DNA of 64,000 bases from an uncultured Gemmatimonadales bacterium (GTDB lineage Bacteria; Gemmatimonadota; Gemmatimonadetes; Longimicrobiales; Gaopeijiaceae), in NCBI GenBank assembly GCA_963809895.1, contig CAWELD010000003.1, forward strand, positions 2,592,001-2,656,000, read 5' to 3'. Of the stretch, positions 41,226-50,473 are shown piece after piece. Numbering within the stretch: position 1 is the stretch's first letter; each line of letters starts with the position of its first letter. Both the position numbers and the translations under genes were made by a program. Under the pieces are notes generated by a model. It had not been told where the DNA came from. It saw only the letters and a program-made list of their open reading frames with translations, and made no database searches.

Positions 41226-43073
41226 GTGAGTGCCCATCGTTCTCCCAAGGGCCTCACCAGGCTCGCCGTCGGCCTGCTGGCGCTCCTGCCGGCCGGTGTC
41301 GCCCCTCTATGCGCCCAGAGCATTCAGGGGGTGGTGCTGGACTCCATCACGGGCGCACCCGTCCAGCAGGCGGCGGTGGCGTACGAGGGCGCAGTCGGCA
41401 TGGTGAGCGTCACCACCGATGCAGAGGGCCGTTTCGAGCTGACGCTGGATGGCGACCCGCCCTGGACGCTCGAGGTCCAGGCGCTGGGCTATCAGCCACG
41501 CACGGTCTCCGTCGGGTCGGAGACCGTTTCACACGAGCTCCGGATCCCACTCAGCGGCGCGCCCTTCGAGCTCGAGGGTGTGACGGCCGGAGCGGCGCGG
41601 GAAGAGCCGAATTTCAAGTTCGGCGCATACTGGGTGACGAATAGCGGGTTGGTGTGGCCGGGGCGCGGTAGAGAGCACTGCGTGTTCCTGATGATCGACA
41701 GCGTCGTGGTCAAGGACTACCATCTCCTCGACCGCGATGTGATTCGCCGCTATGAACGCGCGAACCTCTGGGCCGGCTCGCCGTCAGCGTACGGTGCCCG
41801 CCTGGGGCTCGACCGGAAGTACATCGCGGATCCGCGCCTGAGGCACGATGCCTGGCCCTGCGGGGTGTACAAGGTGCTCAAACACCGATTCTGGGACCGA
41901 CTCCGCGCTCTGCCCGACCCCGCCATCCCCGAAGGGCAGCCGGTCGCTCTCGTGGAGGCGTCGACCGTCTCGTTGCCCCCGCTGCCGGAGTGTCCGGAAG
42001 CGGTAGCGGTGTCCAAACGGGGCGAGGTGGCAGCGGTGTCGGGTGACGAGTCGCAGGTCGAGGTGCTGGACCCGGACGGGCACCCGCGCCGCTCGATCCC
42101 CACGGACCGACGCCCGGACGCCGCGCCGTGCAGCATACGCGTAGGGTGGCGGAGCGACACGCTCTGGGTGTCCGACGCGTCGCGGACGCGACTGAGCCTC
42201 GTGCCGCCGACCGGCCCGCCGGTAGTGCGGGAGGCCATGGGCGCGCCGGCGGACCCGCCGTGGGTCGTGCCCGATCGGCCGCTGCCGTCGTCGCCCCTGG
42301 CCATGGACCTTCCGGTGCCGGTTCCCGTGGCGGGTGGGCGGTGGCTGTGGACCTATCCGGCGCCGGATCCGCCGACGCCGCCGCTCCCGCCGGAGGATCC
42401 CCCGGGGCGGATCCTCATGGTGCTGAACGACGAGTGGGCGTTGGACCACGTCCTGGAGGTGCTGCGTCCGGGCGCGGCACCGGTGGACGTGGTGCTGGGT
42501 TCGCAGCCGGTGCTCGGCACGCAGCCCTTCGGCGACCACCCACTCTACCAGGTGTCGCCGGACGGGACGCATGTGACCATCGTGCAGCGGGAGCACCAGA
42601 TGGCGGCCTGGATGACGGTCTACCGGGTGACCCGGATCGGCCTCGACGGAGACACGCTGTTCCACACGGAGCGGCGAGCGATGATGGTGCGGATGACGGA
42701 CGAGGCCTTCGACAGCACGGTGGCGGAGCTGGCGCGACGTCCGGGAGCGGTCGCCGCCTTTCCGGGCCCGGCAGAGGGTCGGGAGACGCTCCTGCAAGAG
42801 ATGGTGTACCGGCCGCCGTTCCACCCGGCGATCACGGCCCTCATGGTGGGCTACGACGGCACGACCTGGCTGCGGTGGCCGGACGCACGCACGGGACGTG
42901 TGCGCTGGGAGGTGCTGGACGGGCACGGCGAGGCCCTGCGCACGTTGGAGGCCGACCGGCGGCTGACGCTGATCGCGGCCGACGGGGACCAGGTCTGGGG
43001 CCGGCTGCCGGACGATGACGGCAGGGGCGTGCGCCTGGTGCGCTTCCGCGTCGGGCCGGCTGAGGGAGGCTGA
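41226..43073 (+). CDS. Secreted carboxypeptidase-regulatory domain + plug-like + beta-propeller protein, copy 2
   Basis: Paralog of 35436-37298; C-terminal half almost identical. Confidence 0.8.
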   Translation: MSAHRSPKGLTRLAVGLLALLPAGVAPLCAQSIQGVVLDSITGAPVQQAAVAYEGAVGMVSVTTDAEGRFELTLDGDPPWTLEVQALGYQPRTVSVGSETVSHELRIPLSGAPFELEGVTAGAAREEPNFKFGAYWVTNSGLVWPGRGREHCVFLMIDSVVVKDYHLLDRDVIRRYERANLWAGSPSAYGARLGLDRKYIADPRLRHDAWPCGVYKVLKHRFWDRLRALPDPAIPEGQPVALVEASTVSLPPLPECPEAVAVSKRGEVAAVSGDESQVEVLDPDGHPRRSIPTDRRPDAAPCSIRVGWRSDTLWVSDASRTRLSLVPPTGPPVVREAMGAPADPPWVVPDRPLPSSPLAMDLPVPVPVAGGRWLWTYPAPDPPTPPLPPEDPPGRILMVLNDEWALDHVLEVLRPGAAPVDVVLGSQPVLGTQPFGDHPLYQVSPDGTHVTIVQREHQMAAWMTVYRVTRIGLDGDTLFHTERRAMMVRMTDEAFDSTVAELARRPGAVAAFPGPAEGRETLLQEMVYRPPFHPAITALMVGYDGTTWLRWPDARTGRVRWEVLDGHGEALRTLEADRRLTLIAADGDQVWGRLPDDDGRGVRLVRFRVGPAEGG

Positions 43074-43076
43074 CCC

Positions 43077-44279
43077 GTGCTCCGATCTGGAACGGCCCCG
43101 ATGGTCGCTGCGTGGCTCGTGCTCCCGGCCGTGCTCCCGTCGCCTGCGTCAGCGGCCACGCAGGACACCGTCGTCGTCGAGGCCGCCGGGTCACCAGCCT
43201 GGGGATCCGCCCCTCGCCTCGTGGAGGAGGTTCGGCTCGGCGCACTTCAGGGTGCCGACGAGGAGATGTTCGGCTCGGTAGGCTCGATCGCCGTCACGCC
43301 TGGCGGGAACGTCGTCATCGCGGACATCCAGGTGCCGGTGTTGCGGCTCTATTCGCCCGAAGGCGTGTACCTGGGCGACGCCGGCCGCAAGGGCGAAGGG
43401 CCTGGTGAGTACCAGACCCTGCTCGGCGTCCGCCCGCACCCGGGGGGGTTCGCCGTGTGGGATCCGGCCAACGCACGGGTCTCGGTCTTCGACGAGGCCG
43501 GAGCGTTCCTTCGCTCCTTCCGGGTGGCCAGCGGTCTCCACACCGGAGATGCCTTTCAGGTCGACACCACCGGGACCTTCTACGTGAAGGGCAATGCCGA
43601 AGCTGGCCCCGCCGACGCATCGGGGGGTGGAAGTTCCGGTGTGTCGTGGCTCGTCCTCGACGCCGAGGGAGAGATACGCGGCGCCATTCCCGTGCCCGCG
43701 GAGAGTCCCGAAGGACCGGCTTTCGCTCTTTCCGCCCGTGAAGGGCAGTTGCGTCCCTTTACGGTCCGCACCGAGGCGACCATCAGCCCCCATGGCTACC
43801 GCGTCGCGGCTCGCAACGACGTCTATGCCCTCCTGCGACCGATGCGAGACGGACGGATGCTGAGAATCGAGCGTCCGTATCGGGCGATCCCGGTGGCTGG
43901 GGAGGAGCGGAAGCAGTGGGAGCGCTGGGTGGAGTTCTTCAGCAGGATGTCCGGACGGCGGTTTGGTGAGGTACCCGAGTGGAAGCCGGCCTTCCACGAT
44001 TTCTTCGTGGACGACGACGGCCGCTATTGGGTGCGCCGATACGTGGCGGCCGCCGAGGGACCCGACCGGATGCATCCGTCGCCGGACCGTCCGCCGTTCA
44101 CCTGGCGTGAGCCCACCACGTACGACGTGATCGAAGCTGATGGACGGTTCCTGGGGACCCTGGTCCTGCCCCCGGACACCCGTCCCCGGGTCAGCCGCGG
44201 CCTCCAGCTCTGGGCCACGGCTGCAGGAGAGCTCGACGAGACGTACGTCGTGCGCTTCCGCATCGAACCAGGTCCCTGA
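43077..44279 (+). CDS. Secreted 6-bladed beta-propeller protein
   Basis: RLGALQGADEEMFG, GRKGEGPGEY, VDDDGRYWVRR, YDVIEADGRFLG. Confidence 0.85.
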   Translation: MLRSGTAPMVAAWLVLPAVLPSPASAATQDTVVVEAAGSPAWGSAPRLVEEVRLGALQGADEEMFGSVGSIAVTPGGNVVIADIQVPVLRLYSPEGVYLGDAGRKGEGPGEYQTLLGVRPHPGGFAVWDPANARVSVFDEAGAFLRSFRVASGLHTGDAFQVDTTGTFYVKGNAEAGPADASGGGSSGVSWLVLDAEGEIRGAIPVPAESPEGPAFALSAREGQLRPFTVRTEATISPHGYRVAARNDVYALLRPMRDGRMLRIERPYRAIPVAGEERKQWERWVEFFSRMSGRRFGEVPEWKPAFHDFFVDDDGRYWVRRYVAAAEGPDRMHPSPDRPPFTWREPTTYDVIEADGRFLGTLVLPPDTRPRVSRGLQLWATAAGELDETYVVRFRIEPGP

Positions 44280-44303
44280 CCCGCGAAGACGAAAGGAGGG
44301 AAT

Positions 44304-44331
44304 GCGCCGCCGAGGCACGGTGCGGCGGGGC
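44304..44331 (+). repeat. 28-bp direct repeat, right copy
   Basis: Identical to 35317-35344. Confidence 0.95.
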
Positions 44332-44384
44332 CTTCGGGACCGTATCCTACCGGTGCGCCCGCCTCTCTCACGCCAGGACGTGCC

Positions 44385-46556
44385 ATGATCCGCCGCATGC
44401 CCACCGCCCTGACCCTCTCCCTGCTCCTGGCGATCGCGCCGGCTTGCCTGTCCGCCCAGGCCGCGCCCCGCCAGACCTCCGCCGACGGCTACACGCGCTA
44501 CGAGCTCCAGGAGCCCGGCTCCGGTGCCTTCCACATCCTGTACGACATCACCGCCACCACGCCGGGCGCCACGGTCTACCTGAACGGGATCCGCGAGGGC
44601 GCCGACGAGGTCGTGCACGCGGTCACGGATCCCGCCACGGGGCAGCCGCTGGAGTGGCAGGTGGTGGATGCGGACGTGGCGCGCACCCAGGGAATCCCCC
44701 GGGCCGCCGACGGCTCCCGCTACATCCAGGTGACGCTGCCCCGGCCCGTGGCCACCGGGGGCGAGGCACGGGTCCACATCGACAAGACCTACGTGGACCG
44801 CGAGAGCTACTTCACCGACGGCTCGGAGATCGTCTTCGACCGCACGCTGGGCGTGCCCCGGAACACGGTGGTGCTCCCGGCGGGCTACGAGCTGGTGTCG
44901 GTGAACGTACCGTCACAGGTGGACACCGAGGCCGACGGCCGCATCCGGGTGAGCTTCCTGAACTCGTCGGGTCTGTCGCTCCGCTACCTGGTGCGGGCCC
45001 GGCCCCTGCCCCCGGCCGCCGCCCGCGCGCTGGCCGCCAACGCCGTGCCGGAGAGGCCGGCGCCGGAGCGGCCGGTCTCCGCGCCGGACGAGGGCGGAGG
45101 CTACGACGGCAGCTACGCCAGGACCGATCGCACCTTCGACGAGCGGGCGGCGCTCAGCCGGGAAATCGTCTACTACCTGGAGCAGCCCGAGTCCCACGCC
45201 TTCACCCTCTATCACGACTACACCGAGAGCCGCCCCGGTCAGGACCGCTACGTCAACGTGGTGCGCGCCGGGAGCGCCGCCGCCGACCCCCGGGCCTACC
45301 TGCTGGATACCGGCGAGGAGCTGGCGGTGGAGACGCTCGAGGGCGACGAGGTCGTGGCCGCCGGCGTCATGCGGCCCGATCAGGTGGACGCCTCCACCGA
45401 GGTGGTGCTCATCCACTACCCCGAGGTGACGGAAGGCACCACGGCCCGGCTGCGCATCCACGAGACCTACACCGACCCGGGCCGCTACCTCCGGGTTGGC
45501 GACGAGCTGGTGTGGGACCGCAACTTCGGGCGCTCCATGAACCAGGTGGTGCTGCCCCAGGGCTGGTACCTCACGGCCAGCGACATCCCCGCCACCGTGG
45601 ACGCCCTGGACGACGGCCGCGTGCGGCTGACCTTCTGGAACGGCGGGCCTCAGGGCATCCAGGTGTTCCTGCGCGCGCGCGCCCGGCGCCCCCCGGTGGC
45701 CACCTCGCTCTCGGGCGAGAAGCTCTACCCGCGCCCCGACCCCGATCCCGCCGCGCTGGCACGGGTGGACAGCGCGCTGCTGGCGACTCCCGGTGACGTG
45801 GACGCCCTCATCGCAGCCGCCCGCGAGCGTCGGAACAGCTTCCGCTACGACGAGGCCATCCTCCTGTACACGCGCGCGCTCCAGATCGCGCCGGAGGATT
45901 GGCGCCCGTGGCGCTTCCGCGGCCACCGCTTCCTGTCGACCCGGCGCTTCGAAGATGCCGCCCGGGACCTGGAGCGGGCCCGGGAGCTGGCGCCCTACAA
46001 CTTCGACGTGGCCTACCACCTGGGGCTGGCCTACTACCTGCTGGGGCGCTTCGGCCAGGCCGTCGACGCCTATCAGCGTTGCCTGGACCTGGCCGCCGAC
46101 CCCGACGCCCGGGCCCGCGAGGACTCGGAGGCGCTGGCCGGACAGCAGACCTGCATGGCCATCGCCCACGACGACGAGGCCAAGGTGGCCATCACCGAAT
46201 GGACCTACCGGGCGCTCCGGCGGGCGGGCCGCCGTGACGACGCCATGGACCTCCTGGACGACATCACGCCGGACATGCAGGTCACGGAGAACACCGCCTA
46301 CCACGAGGCACTGCTGGCGCACAAGGGCGTGCGCTCTGCCGAGGACCTCGTCGTTCCGGAGCCGCCGGAAGGGCGCTTCGAGACCCGGGCCTACGGGCCG
46401 GCGCTGGACGAGCTCCTGGACGGCGACAGCGAGCGGGCGCTGCTCCTGCTCCGGCGCATCGCCGCCGACCCCAACTGGCCGGGCTTCGGCCGGCTGGCGG
46501 CGGAAGCGGATCTGGCCCGGGGAACGTTGGGCGGAGGCGGTTCGGGGCCCCGGTGA
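44385..46556 (+). CDS. Secreted protein with two tandem unknown domains and C-terminal TPRs
   Basis: Signal peptide; duplicated Y.L..P.S.AF..(Y/H)D.T...PG..Y.N..R.G and TY.D..Y...DR..G..N.VVLP.G; TPR helices YHLGLAYYLLGRF. Confidence 0.75.
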   Translation: MIRRMPTALTLSLLLAIAPACLSAQAAPRQTSADGYTRYELQEPGSGAFHILYDITATTPGATVYLNGIREGADEVVHAVTDPATGQPLEWQVVDADVARTQGIPRAADGSRYIQVTLPRPVATGGEARVHIDKTYVDRESYFTDGSEIVFDRTLGVPRNTVVLPAGYELVSVNVPSQVDTEADGRIRVSFLNSSGLSLRYLVRARPLPPAAARALAANAVPERPAPERPVSAPDEGGGYDGSYARTDRTFDERAALSREIVYYLEQPESHAFTLYHDYTESRPGQDRYVNVVRAGSAAADPRAYLLDTGEELAVETLEGDEVVAAGVMRPDQVDASTEVVLIHYPEVTEGTTARLRIHETYTDPGRYLRVGDELVWDRNFGRSMNQVVLPQGWYLTASDIPATVDALDDGRVRLTFWNGGPQGIQVFLRARARRPPVATSLSGEKLYPRPDPDPAALARVDSALLATPGDVDALIAAARERRNSFRYDEAILLYTRALQIAPEDWRPWRFRGHRFLSTRRFEDAARDLERARELAPYNFDVAYHLGLAYYLLGRFGQAVDAYQRCLDLAADPDARAREDSEALAGQQTCMAIAHDDEAKVAITEWTYRALRRAGRRDDAMDLLDDITPDMQVTENTAYHEALLAHKGVRSAEDLVVPEPPEGRFETRAYGPALDELLDGDSERALLLLRRIAADPNWPGFGRLAAEADLARGTLGGGGSGPR

Positions 46557-46591
46557 ACGAGGCGATTCACGGGGGCAGGCCCATCTCCCCT

Positions 46592-46993
46592 CTACCCGGA
46601 CGACGGCCGGGCGTCGCTCACATCAGTCCGGGAAAAATCGTCACCCACGAAGAGGAGCGGCTCTCCCGCCAGCGCCGCCACAGCGTAGGTCATGCAGTCG
46701 CCGAAGTTCAGCGAGGCCGGATGCCGCCCCTTCCCGTACCGGCGATAGGCATCCACGGCTTCTCTCCAGTGGAGCTCGCCAAAGGGGATCTCCTGCATCC
46801 CCACCTCGTCGAGGAACCGCTCGAGGAGGCCCCGCGCCGACGGGCCGAGGCGGGCCTCGAGGACGATGCCCGTCTCGGCGAGCGTCGGCGCACCGACGGC
46901 TGGACCGGGATCGTCCAGCAGGCACTTCAGGATCTCCTCGTACCCCTCCTCCCGGAAGAGCACGGACAGCAGTGCCGAGCTGTCGACGATCAC
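46592..46993 (-). CDS. vapC: VapC PIN-domain toxin
   Basis: IVDSSAL, YGKGRHPASLNFGDCMTYA, LFVGDDF; GTGA overlap with antitoxin. Confidence 0.92.
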   Translation of the reverse strand: MIVDSSALLSVLFREEGYEEILKCLLDDPGPAVGAPTLAETGIVLEARLGPSARGLLERFLDEVGMQEIPFGELHWREAVDAYRRYGKGRHPASLNFGDCMTYAVAALAGEPLLFVGDDFSRTDVSDARPSSG

Positions 46994-47262
46994 GCGCCCT
47001 CCGGACCGTAGCCCAGGATGGCCTCCCGCTCGCTCTTGGCCGGAGGCCGGCCCAACTGGTCGGCGGGAACGACCGCCCAGACTTCCCCTTCGAGGAACCG
47101 CTGGACGCGACGCGCCCGGGCGTCTGCGGTGACTCTCATGCGGAGCCGAGCCCGTCGCTCCAGAAGCGCGACCCGGACCGCCTCGGTCTTGGACTCCCCG
47201 GTGACGGCTGCGACCTCGTCCACCAGGCGCTCCACCTCGGGGTTCTTGATATTCAGTGCCAT
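46990..47262 (-). CDS. vapB: VapB antitoxin (Rv0623-like)
   Basis: MALNIKNPEVERL..TGESKTEAVR.AL; ILGYG tail. Confidence 0.9.
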   Translation of the reverse strand: MALNIKNPEVERLVDEVAAVTGESKTEAVRVALLERRARLRMRVTADARARRVQRFLEGEVWAVVPADQLGRPPAKSEREAILGYGPEGA

Positions 47263-47290
47263 GGTGGAAAAATGGTGTATCTCCACCATT
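47261..47290. promoter_or_regulatory. Inverted repeat, probable VapB operator
   Basis: ATGGTGGA...TCCACCAT and AATGGTG..CACCATT immediately upstream of vapB. Confidence 0.55.
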
Positions 47291-47307
47291 CATGCAACCG
47301 AGGTGGA

Positions 47308-48570
47308 CTACCCAAAGGACAGGGCAAGGGCGAGATCATCGTGGTCGAATGCTGAAGACATGAGGTCGATGTCAGCGCCTCGGATGCCCAGGCGCTCGGC
47401 GCGTTCCGCCCATTGTTCCGTTACGTGAGCGACCTGAACTGCCGTAGCGCGCGCTTCGTCTTCGGACAGGTCGAAGTATTCGCCAACCTCCAGGGCGAGC
47501 CGCAGCGAGGCGCTCGTGTCATTCGGGTCTTCTCCTATCGCCGTCGAGAGGAACCGAGGCTTCACTTCAACCGGAACTGGATTCAGATCATAGGCTGGTG
47601 AAAGCGTCCACCCGCCACGGCCGGCATAAAGGAATCCGTGATTTCTCAGGTGGTCATCGGTGTTCGATACCAGGATGTTGAACACCATCCGTCTCCAAAG
47701 CTCTGACAGATCCGCCCTCGCCTGCGCGCCAAACCGGCGGATGACTTCAGCGATCTCCAGGTAACTGCGGGGCTCTCGGTCTACCCCGTCCAATAGACTC
47801 ATCGCTGAAAGAAAGGGGATTCGCCGCTCGCCATCTCGGTCAAATCGGGTGAGGAGAACGATGTCCTGATCCTCTATGGACAGGAGAGCTGACTCCGCCA
47901 CCCTGATTCCGGCATCCTGTGCCATGGTGAGAGCGAGATGTTCCCAGGCTCCGACGGAGTAGAGATCATCCTTCTTCGGGAACTTTGCGATGGAGAGATG
48001 TCCCTCACGGTCCTTGACCGAAGCCTTGGGACGGGCTCCCCCCAACGATGACCCTGGCGCCAAGAGGATTCGCAGATCCTCCTCGTTGTCAGGGTCGTCC
48101 AGGAATCCTTGCGCGGCCGCCAGCAGTTTGGGGAGATCCACCACTGGCGGGACTGCGGCCTCGGAGGATTCCGCCAAGAACACCTCGCGATCAATACGGG
48201 AGAACCGTAGGGCCCCCTGCCTGGCCACGTCAGAGACACCGAGGACGTAGTCGATCTCCCGGAGGTGCCTCGGGGCACGATCCTCCCGCCTCGCCCATGA
48301 GCGTTCGGCTCGTGCCATGAGAGTCTTGCCCCATCGGTCGGGTGCAGAATCGGCGATCGCCCCGAACAGCCTCTCCTTGTGAAATGGACCGGGCGAAACG
48401 AGTGGCAGGAGCGGGTCTACGGCGAAGGCATCCTTCTTCTCCAGCCAAGCATCCGCGTATTGGAAGGTGGCGCCGAAGGTACCTCTGCGGCTTTCCCTGA
48501 TCCAAAGGTGCCCGACCAGGTAGGTGACCCCGTCGAGTTCCGTGTGGACGAGCGCGTCCGGGGCGCTCAC
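47308..48570 (-). CDS. hipA: HipA-family kinase toxin
   Basis: DSAPDRWG, GSSLGGARPKA, RFDR, NTDDHLRNHGF, LSPAYD; GTGA overlap with HTH gene. Confidence 0.92.
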   Translation of the reverse strand: MSAPDALVHTELDGVTYLVGHLWIRESRRGTFGATFQYADAWLEKKDAFAVDPLLPLVSPGPFHKERLFGAIADSAPDRWGKTLMARAERSWARREDRAPRHLREIDYVLGVSDVARQGALRFSRIDREVFLAESSEAAVPPVVDLPKLLAAAQGFLDDPDNEEDLRILLAPGSSLGGARPKASVKDREGHLSIAKFPKKDDLYSVGAWEHLALTMAQDAGIRVAESALLSIEDQDIVLLTRFDRDGERRIPFLSAMSLLDGVDREPRSYLEIAEVIRRFGAQARADLSELWRRMVFNILVSNTDDHLRNHGFLYAGRGGWTLSPAYDLNPVPVEVKPRFLSTAIGEDPNDTSASLRLALEVGEYFDLSEDEARATAVQVAHVTEQWAERAERLGIRGADIDLMSSAFDHDDLALALSFG

Positions 48571-48917
48571 GATGGATCGTCCGACGACGACGCATTGGTG
48601 GAACGCTGTGGCCATCGGATCCGCTCAGGCAGTTCTTCCGCCTCCAGGCTGAGGCCGAGTTCGTCGGTTGATGCATCGACGATCTCACCGATCCGATGGG
48701 ACAAATCCAGCACAAACAGAACAGCCGCATAGAATCCGATAGCCGTGCCAGGATCTCCCTTCTCGACCCTGGCTAGAGTCGTCGGCGACATCAGCGCCCG
48801 TTCAGCCATCACCCGCACGGGGATCTTGCGCCGTTTTCGGGCATCGCGGATGTCTGCACCAAGCTTCTGCAGTGCTCTCTTGACCTTGATCGGTAGATTC
48901 GGCTTTCGGCTACTCAT
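48567..48917 (-). CDS. XRE-family HTH antitoxin (HipB-like)
   Basis: ARKRRKI..MAERA.MS..TLARVEKGDP; coupled to hipA. Confidence 0.88.
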   Translation of the reverse strand: MSSRKPNLPIKVKRALQKLGADIRDARKRRKIPVRVMAERALMSPTTLARVEKGDPGTAIGFYAAVLFVLDLSHRIGEIVDASTDELGLSLEAEELPERIRWPQRSTNASSSDDPS

Positions 48918-48926
48918 CGTTTAGTG

Positions 48927-48973
48927 TCCGCTATAGTGGTACTTATAGGCGTTAGATACCATCATAGTGGTAC
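48927..48973. promoter_or_regulatory. Two related palindromic operator-like sites upstream of hipBA
   Basis: ATAGTGGTAC at 48933 and 48964; CCGCTATAGTGG and TACCA-N6-TGGTA. Confidence 0.55.
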
Positions 48974-49024
48974 GTAGCGACCCATGCAACAGCGGGCTCG
49001 CCCACGGGCGGTGGGCCTGAGCCC

Positions 49025-49055
49025 TTGCGCTTCGAGCGCGGGGGGGGGGAGCTTA
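49025..49055 (+). promoter_or_regulatory. Putative promoter with G10 spacer
   Basis: TTGCGC-TTCGAGCGC-G10-AGCTTA, homologous to 50403-50434. Confidence 0.5.
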
Positions 49056-49093
49056 CAAGCATCGGCCGTCCTCCACGGCTTGAAGGAGCCGCA

Positions 49094-50234
49094 ATGGTCG
49101 CAGGTCACCTTCAGATCGGTCCAGCGATGACCTTCCGCTCGGTCTGGCGCCGGCTCTCGGGCTTCGGTCGGGGAGCAATCCTCGCGAGCCTGATGGGCCT
49201 GGCCGCGGCCCGACCGAGCCTCGCCCAGACCGTCCCCGTTCGCGGCATCGTCTTCGACCCCGCCAGGCGCTCGGCGCTACCCAACGTCCCCGTGGCTCTC
49301 GTCACCGCCGCCGGATCGGACACGGTGGCGCTGGTCGCGTCCGACCACGTGGGGATCTTCCACTTCGAGGCGGCACCGGGACGCTACCGGATCGTCGCCA
49401 GCAAGCCGGGCTATCGGGCCTCCGACGGGATCACGCTCACCCTCCCGGCTGCCAACGCCGGCGGGCTGCTGCTTCCGCTGGAGCCGCTGGACGCACTCGC
49501 CATCGAGACCCGGCGCGAGGGCGACGCCGGCCCGGGGGGCGGGCCCGCCCGCGTGCTGGCCCACATCGTCGACGCCGAGACCGGCCGCGGAGTGGAGGGC
49601 GCCGAGGTGGCCATCGCCGCTCCCGCCGACACGGCGCGTGGGATCTCCGACGTCAACGGCTACGTGGCGCTGGACGAGGTGCCGCCGCTGGCCGAATCGC
49701 TCACCGTCCGGCACCTGGCGTACGGCGACGAGAGCACTCCGCTGCTGCTGGCGGCCGGAAGCAGCTACCGCATGGAGCTCACGCTACGACCGCGGGCGCT
49801 GGAACTCGAGGGCATCACCGCCACCAGCCGGGCCGAGTTCAACCGCCTGAAGGGGCTCCGCGTGCGCATGGCCCGCGGCCTTGGTGGACACTTCATGCTG
49901 GCCGAGGAGCTGGAGGCAAGGAGCTACCCGCCCCTGAATACCGCGCTCTACTCCCTGCCCTCGGTCAACGTGCGGAAATTCAGCACCAGGGATCAGTTCA
50001 ACGAGCGCGTCTTCATCCGGGGGTGCAAGGCCTCGATCTTCATCGACGGCGTGGAGGTCTTCAATCCGTGCGGATGACGTCTCGGGCAGCCCGCCAAAGC
50101 TCGCGGAGTTTCTGCACATTCCCACCATCGGCATCGAGGCGATCGAGGTCTACTCCGGCGCCGCCTCGCTCCCTCCGGAGTTCAATACCATCGGCACCCG
50201 ATGCGCCCTGGTGATCTGGACCAAGCGGGGCTGA
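49094..50234 (+). CDS. Secreted protein: two carboxypeptidase-regulatory domains + barrel-less TonB-plug-like domain, copy 1 (frameshift ~50071)
   Basis: GAAGGAG RBS; signal SLA-Q; GCKASIFIDG; IEAIEVY..CALVIWTKRG in shifted frame. Confidence 0.75.
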
Positions 50235-50248
50235 GGGCGCTCGCCGCC

Positions 50249-50342
50249 CCCCCGTCAGCGTCTCGCCGCCTGCGCGACCTCCCGGTCGCTGAGCGCCCGC
50301 ACCTCGACCCGGGCGGTCCCGGGACCCACCACCCCGAGCTGG
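50249..50342 (-). repeat. 94-bp exact copy of rlpA 3' end
   Basis: Identical to 55375-55468. Confidence 0.95.
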
Positions 50343-50402
50343 GGAGCCGATGCCACAAACGCCCGCCACTGCCTCCCCCTGTGCCATGTAGCTCCCAAGC
50401 CA

Positions 50403-50434
50403 TTGCGGATGCGAGGCGGGGGGGGGGTAGCTTA
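50403..50434 (+). promoter_or_regulatory. Putative sigma-70 promoter with G10 spacer
   Basis: TTGCGG, 19-nt spacer ending in G10, TAGCTT; 40 nt before regulator start. Confidence 0.55.
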
Positions 50435-50473
50435 TGAGCATCACGGACCGCTCCATGGACCGGAGGAAGCGCT

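Larger units (their letters stand above)
35345..44303. mobile_element. Integrase-free genomic island 1 bounded by 28-bp direct repeats
   Basis: Exact flanking repeats; all genes on + strand; internal AT-richer cassette and duplicated gene. Confidence 0.65.

Noticed and set aside
35436..43073. Diversity-generating retroelement (template/variable repeat pair)
   Set aside because: Differences between copies are not adenine-specific, the repeats are gene-sized, and there is no reverse transcriptase in the window
46553..47011. 152-aa plus-strand ORF
   Set aside because: Antisense shadow of vapC
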